From Deltaproteobacteria bacterium (GTDB lineage: Bacteria; Desulfobacterota; Binatia; UBA12015): a stretch of DNA of 50,973 nt. Location: assembly GCA_046583355.1 (NCBI GenBank), contig JAYGCM010000074.1, forward strand, positions 1 to 50,973. Reading direction: 5' to 3'. The notes below the pieces were generated by a model. It saw only the letters and a list, made by a program, of their open reading frames with translations, did not search any database and had not been told where the DNA came from. The translations under genes and the position numbers were made by a program. Positions 46,490 to 50,973 of this stretch are shown here, in pieces (the first letter of the stretch is position 1; each line of letters opens with the position of its first letter).

Positions 46490-47923
46490 TCAGGCCTCCT
46501 CGTCGGCCGCCGAAACCCCCAAAAGCCGTCGCAACTCAACAAGGTCGCCCATCGAGAGCAGCCCCGTCGCGAAGAGCACGGAGGGAAAGAGGAGAGCCAA
46601 CCAGAGAGCCCGTCCCATTCCATCGGCAAACGCGGAAACGGCCATTAGCGACGCCAGAGCGGACGCGAGGATCGGCAGCATCGCCCGGAACGAAGGCCCG
46701 ATCCAGCGGCGGGTCGGCGGCGCGGCGGCGAGAAGAAGATGCCCGCAGGACATGCCCACAACGACGCCGATCGCCGCGCCCTCAATCCCCAGGCGCGGCA
46801 CCAAAACGAGTTGCAGCGCAATCAGCACTACCGCCACTACGGCATTCACCGCCAGCAATGCGCGCTGGCGCCCGGCGACGATCAGAAGATTCGCATAAAG
46901 GCTGCCCACCGCCGCCAAGGGCGCCGCCCAAAGCAGGATCGCCAGCGGCGCGCCGGCTGCGGCAAAGGATGCCCCAAAGACCGCCGCCATGAACTCCTCG
47001 GCCAGCGCGCCCACCACCAATGCCACCAGACAAAGCGACGCCGTGAGCCCCTTGGTGACCAGCCGGGAGAGCCGCGCCATCTGCTCGGCACGCCCGGCAC
47101 CGAGGCGCGCCAATACCGGGAAGACCACCAGGAGCACTCCCTCGCCGATCAGATTGGTCGCCTCGCCCAGGCGTGCTGCCGATGCATAATAGCCGACGGC
47201 TACGGGGCCGGCCTCGCGCATCAAGACGAGCGCCGCAGCACGCAGGCCGAGCATGATAAGAAAAAGATTCAGACCAACCGGCCAAGACTCCGCCAACAGG
47301 CCGCGCCAGAGGGCGAGTTGTACGCGCGGACGAAAGCGCAGGTCGCGGCGCACCAGCACCGCGGCCAAAGCGAGACCGGCCCAAACCGCCGCCGCGTAGG
47401 CGACCAACACGGCCTCAAGCCCGCCACCCCGCCAGACCGTCAAAAAGACCAAGGCGAGCACAGTAGCCGCCGTAGCGCTCGCCACCGTGAGCACAGCACC
47501 CAGGCGCAGTTCGGCGCGCAAGAGCGCGCGAAAGCCCGGCTGGGCCAAAAAGAGCATGCCGGCTGCACCGAGCCCAACCACCGGAAGAATGCTGGCGCCC
47601 TCCCCCGAAGCCCAAGGCGCCAGCACCATAGCGAGACTGCCGCTGGCTAGAGCCAACCCCAGGCGAAGGCCGAGGCCGGCCGAGAGGATCTCCTCGCGTT
47701 CGCCCTCACCAGCGGAGAGTCGATGCACCAGCACGGGCTCCAAGCCGAAATCGGCCAAAACCTGAAAGAGCGTCAGGTAGGCCACAACAAAGCTGTAGAT
47801 GCCGTAGGTCTCCGGCGGCAGCGTGCGGGCGAGGAGGACGATGAGCAAAAACGCCGCGCCCTTCTCGACCACCAGCGTGGCAATGCCCAGCGCGCCGCCA
47901 CGGGCGAATTGGCGCAGCTTCAA
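46490..47923 (-). CDS. Wzx/MOP-superfamily oligosaccharide flippase
   Basis: LARTLPPETYGIYSF, ADFGL, VGYYASAARL, FPVL, LVPRLGIEGAAI; TTG start overlapping the upstream stop. Confidence 0.88.
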   Translation of the reverse strand: MKLRQFARGGALGIATLVVEKGAAFLLIVLLARTLPPETYGIYSFVVAYLTLFQVLADFGLEPVLVHRLSAGEGEREEILSAGLGLRLGLALASGSLAMVLAPWASGEGASILPVVGLGAAGMLFLAQPGFRALLRAELRLGAVLTVASATAATVLALVFLTVWRGGGLEAVLVAYAAAVWAGLALAAVLVRRDLRFRPRVQLALWRGLLAESWPVGLNLFLIMLGLRAAALVLMREAGPVAVGYYASAARLGEATNLIGEGVLLVVFPVLARLGAGRAEQMARLSRLVTKGLTASLCLVALVVGALAEEFMAAVFGASFAAAGAPLAILLWAAPLAAVGSLYANLLIVAGRQRALLAVNAVVAVVLIALQLVLVPRLGIEGAAIGVVVGMSCGHLLLAAAPPTRRWIGPSFRAMLPILASALASLMAVSAFADGMGRALWLALLFPSVLFATGLLSMGDLVELRRLLGVSAADEEA

Positions 47924-48864
47924 GAGCCATCCTCCCGGCGATGGTCGAGGTCGAGCATGCGGCGCGGCAGCGGCCGACCGGCAAGCGTATCCCACGCCCC
48001 TCGCATTTTGAGCACTACACCATGCGACTCGCCGCTCGCCAGGCGGCGCAGCCATTGCAACGGGATCGTGCCAAGAAAGAACATCCAGAATTGTAGCGCT
48101 TGCCGCAGGTCCGCGTGACGGCGCACGAAACGCACCATATTGCGCCCGACAAAATATTGCTTGCGGCTGACATAGCCACCGCCCGAGCTCCCCTCGCCGC
48201 GGTGCCGAACGCGCGCCGCACCGGCATAAACGACCCGCAAACCTGCTTTGCGCGCGCGCGCGCAAAGGTCGACCTCCTCGTGGTAGGCGAAGAAGGTCTC
48301 GTCAAAGAGTCCTACCTCGTCAAGCCTGTCGAGACAGAGCAGCAGCGCACAGCCTGAGACCCAATCGACATCGCGCTCGACGGCCCAGCGCGGGCCGTCA
48401 GGGCCGCCGCGCCCGGGCAAGCCGACGAGGCTCTGCCGCCAATTCACCTCACCCCAGGCCATGGCAAGCGTCGTGGGGGCCCGGGCGTCGAGAATCCGCG
48501 CGCCGACAATGGCGACATGCGGGTTTGCCGCGGCGACTCCGAGCAGGACGTCGAGCGCACCCGGCTCGAGCGTCGCATCGTTGTTCAGGACCAAGGCGCG
48601 GGTGCACCCGGCCGCGCGGGCCGCCGCCAGGCCGGCGTTGTTGCCGCCGGCGTAGCCGAGGTTGTTCGTGTTCTCGATGACCAAGGCGGCAGGAAAGCGC
48701 GCACGCACCTCGGCCAGGACCGGCACGCGCGAGGCATTGTCGACAAAAATCAGGCGGGCCGCCGGAGCTGTCTCGGCCACGCTGGCCAACGCCGCGAGGC
48801 TTTCCTCGCCGCCATCCCAATCCAGCACGACCACCGCGACCGCCGGCGTAGTATCCCCACCCAC
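47920..48864 (-). CDS. Glycosyltransferase family 2 (WbbL/rhamnosyltransferase-like)
   Basis: VDNAS, NLGYAGGNN, LNND, WVSGCALL, GLFDETFFAYHEEVDLC. Confidence 0.9.
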   Translation of the reverse strand: MGGDTTPAVAVVVLDWDGGEESLAALASVAETAPAARLIFVDNASRVPVLAEVRARFPAALVIENTNNLGYAGGNNAGLAAARAAGCTRALVLNNDATLEPGALDVLLGVAAANPHVAIVGARILDARAPTTLAMAWGEVNWRQSLVGLPGRGGPDGPRWAVERDVDWVSGCALLLCLDRLDEVGLFDETFFAYHEEVDLCARARKAGLRVVYAGAARVRHRGEGSSGGGYVSRKQYFVGRNMVRFVRRHADLRQALQFWMFFLGTIPLQWLRRLASGESHGVVLKMRGAWDTLAGRPLPRRMLDLDHRREDGS

Positions 48865-48899
48865 GCGCCCGAGTTACGCCGGAGCCCGCCCCCCGTCAA
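48865..48899 (-). promoter_or_regulatory. Putative promoter TTGACG-17-TAACTC 6 nt before GTG; drives the leftward glycosylation operon
   Basis: Minus strand TTGACG gggggcgggctccggcg TAACTC gggcgc GTG; no SD. Confidence 0.45.
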
Positions 48900-49014
48900 A
48901 CGACGCCGCTTGGGCCACCCAGAAAAACCAGACGCGCCGCGCCCGGATCAGCGTTTCCGTGCCAGCTGAATATGCGCTACATGCCCGGCAACCCGGCCAT
49001 GCCGGGCAGATCCT

Positions 49015-49848
49015 ATGACAGACATCCCTTGCCCGATCTGCGACAGCTGGAATCACCGGGTTTTCAGCCGGCGAGGCAAGAATAGGGTCGTCATCTGCCG
49101 CGATTGCGATCTCTATTTCGTCAACCCGATCACGACGGATACTTCCTCTTCGGACGCCATAGCGACATCCACAAAATACACAGATGACCAGCTCGCGAAG
49201 CAGGATTTTTTCCAACATCGCGCCGACGTGCTCCTTGCGCGGATCGAGCGGCGTCGGCCGCCGGGGAGTCTGCTGGATATTGGCTGTGCAATCGGCACCG
49301 AATTGGTCGCAGCAAAGGCAAGGGGCTGGGCATGCCGCGGCGTCGAGTTGTCTGCGGCCTCGTTGGCGATCGCACAAAGCAGAGGGCTGGACGTTCTATC
49401 CGAGCCACTTGAGGATTGTAATTTCGCCGAGGAGAGCTTTGATCTCGTCACGTTGAACCACGTTCTGGAGCACGTTCCTCGTGTCGAACTTTTTTTGCGC
49501 GAGGTCCGGCGCGTACTCAAGAAAGATGGTCTCCTCTTCATCGCGGTCCCCAACGTCCATACGTGGTGGTTTTACCTAAAGCGTCAGCGATACAACTGGG
49601 CGTTCAATGACGACCACTACACGCATTTCTCGGTCCGTACACTTCCGAAATTACTGACCACGGCCGGATTCAACACAGTTGAAATATCGACTTCCCGGTG
49701 GATGGACTTCCACCGCCCAGCCCATCTCTACCCGGCGCCCTTCCGCTCTTTGAATCGCCTCGTCGAGCGAGCCGACCTCGGCATCGAACTCTTCTGCCTG
49801 GCGACTCGCTCGGCGGATTCTTGCCCAGACCAATTTGCCGCGACCTGA
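49015..49848 (+). CDS. Class I SAM-dependent methyltransferase with N-terminal Zn-ribbon
   Basis: CPIC...CRDC, LLDIGCAIG, FDLVTLNHVLEHV, LFIAVPN, H..HFS. Confidence 0.9.
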   Translation: MTDIPCPICDSWNHRVFSRRGKNRVVICRDCDLYFVNPITTDTSSSDAIATSTKYTDDQLAKQDFFQHRADVLLARIERRRPPGSLLDIGCAIGTELVAAKARGWACRGVELSAASLAIAQSRGLDVLSEPLEDCNFAEESFDLVTLNHVLEHVPRVELFLREVRRVLKKDGLLFIAVPNVHTWWFYLKRQRYNWAFNDDHYTHFSVRTLPKLLTTAGFNTVEISTSRWMDFHRPAHLYPAPFRSLNRLVERADLGIELFCLATRSADSCPDQFAAT

Positions 49849-49851
49849 CGG

Positions 49852-50973
49852 CTAAGGCCGTGCCGGGCGCAGCGCGACGCCCCAGCTCTCCGGCCCGGCA
49901 GTGGTTCGTTCATCGACAAAGGCGAGGAGCTCGACAAAATATTCACTCGACGCCGCGAAGGCCGGTACCCGTGGGGCGCCGATCAATGCCAACGCGGGCC
50001 GCAACCGTCGCCACTCCTCGCGAATGCGGGCGGCCTGCGCGTGGTCGGGCCGACCGGGTACGAAATAAATGTAATAGAAGGGCGACGGACGCTGCGCGAG
50101 GAAAGCCAGACCACCGAGATCGGGAAAGGTGAAGAGAGTCTCTTCCGGCCCGGTCAACGCGCGAATCTCGGCAACCAGACGGCCGAGCGCCTGGTAATCG
50201 GAAGCTTTCGTCTCCAGCACCTGCACCTCTACCCCCGGCCCCAGCTCCAGCGTGGCGAGTGGCTCTAGCAGCCGCGGCAGTAGAGTCGGTGCCATACGAC
50301 CGCAGGCGAGCAGCAGAAAAAAGCCCAGCACCAGCTGCGGTGCGATACCATGGGCCGCGCGACCGCCCGGAAGCGCGCGATGCCAGGCGTCCACCGCCCG
50401 TCGCCAGGTCGCCAACCCGGCCAGCAAAAGCACCGGGGCGATCTGCGCAATATGGATCAGATCCGGCCGCGGGTAAATCGTCAATACAGTAAATGCAGTG
50501 AAAATCAGGAGAATTCGCTCACGCAGGCACCCCGCCGCTGGGCCGACCGATACCAGCCCGAACACCAGCGCGGCCGGGCCGGACCAGAAAAGCAGATTCT
50601 CGGCCAGCGGAAGAATCCCCCCCACCACCGCCGAGCCGGCAGCGAGGACCGCACCAAGGCCGAGGGCTACCGGAGCCAGGCGCGCGGCAGAAGTCCGGGC
50701 GAGCCCCATGGCTCCTGCGGCGGCACAGAGCAGAACCAGCGTGCCCGGATGCCAGGGAGGCGCTTCGAGCAAGTAGGCATCGACCACAGTACGCGCACCG
50801 GCGCCGAAAAAGAACACTTTCTCCGCCACGCCAGCCGCGCCAATGCGGGCGGCCAGAGGCACCAGCCAGGGCAAGCTCACAAGCAGAAAACCGCCGCCCA
50901 GGCAGAGCAGATCCGCCACGGCGCCCTTGCGGCCCGCCTCACGCACAGGGCCTGCGACGAGCACGGCCAGCAG
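49852..50973 (-). CDS. GT-C-like polytopic membrane protein, paralogue of 41509-44481 (5' end outside window)
   Basis: YPRPDLIH and FTFPDL...YFVPGRPDH match YPRIDFMH and FAFPAL...YFFPGRPSH of the paralogue; no HEAT tail. Confidence 0.65.
   Translation of the reverse strand: MLAVLVAGPVREAGRKGAVADLLCLGGGFLLVSLPWLVPLAARIGAAGVAEKVFFFGAGARTVVDAYLLEAPPWHPGTLVLLCAAAGAMGLARTSAARLAPVALGLGAVLAAGSAVVGGILPLAENLLFWSGPAALVFGLVSVGPAAGCLRERILLIFTAFTVLTIYPRPDLIHIAQIAPVLLLAGLATWRRAVDAWHRALPGGRAAHGIAPQLVLGFFLLLACGRMAPTLLPRLLEPLATLELGPGVEVQVLETKASDYQALGRLVAEIRALTGPEETLFTFPDLGGLAFLAQRPSPFYYIYFVPGRPDHAQAARIREEWRRLRPALALIGAPRVPAFAASSEYFVELLAFVDERTTAGPESWGVALRPARP

Noticed and set aside
1..50973. CRISPR arrays, tRNA/rRNA, transposases, prophage or defence genes, recoded (Sec/frameshift) genes
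   Set aside because: None seen; intergenic gaps are short and the CDSs appear uninterrupted.

Overview
GC-rich bacterial chromosomal window with about 45 tightly packed CDSs. I found no rRNA, tRNA, CRISPR array, transposase or phage gene. The gene content (F420 gene cofC, SCP2, molybdenum hydroxylase, many sulfatase/glycosyltransferase genes) is reminiscent of Binatota-type deltaproteobacteria; this is inference only. Left part (1-18.9 kb): housekeeping genes (coaD, rsmD, ygfZ, ilvE, glnE, trmFO, dprA, argA-like, ggt), plus cofC converging on a small catabolic-looking cluster (desulforedoxin-like peptide, amidohydrolase, crotonase, acyl-CoA ligase, crotonase). Middle (19-27 kb): a secreted tandem-repeat/Cys-rich protein, a xanthine-dehydrogenase-family module (mocA, xdhC, FAD, 2Fe-2S and Mo subunits, MoaD-like) and a ZIP transporter. 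Right part (27.5 kb to the end): a >23 kb cell-envelope glycan decoration locus, the best candidate for an undescribed system. It holds 4 polyprenol-phosphate-sugar synthase-like GT2s, 3 GT-C-like polytopic proteins (one HEAT-fused), 5 SAM methyltransferase domains, a B12 radical SAM enzyme, an MBOAT, a catalytically dead SGNH protein, a Thr-type sulfatase-like enzyme and a Wzx flippase. Non-coding signals include a CTAG-bounded 167-bp palindromic element with relatives at two other convergent junctions, and several apparently leaderless promoters.
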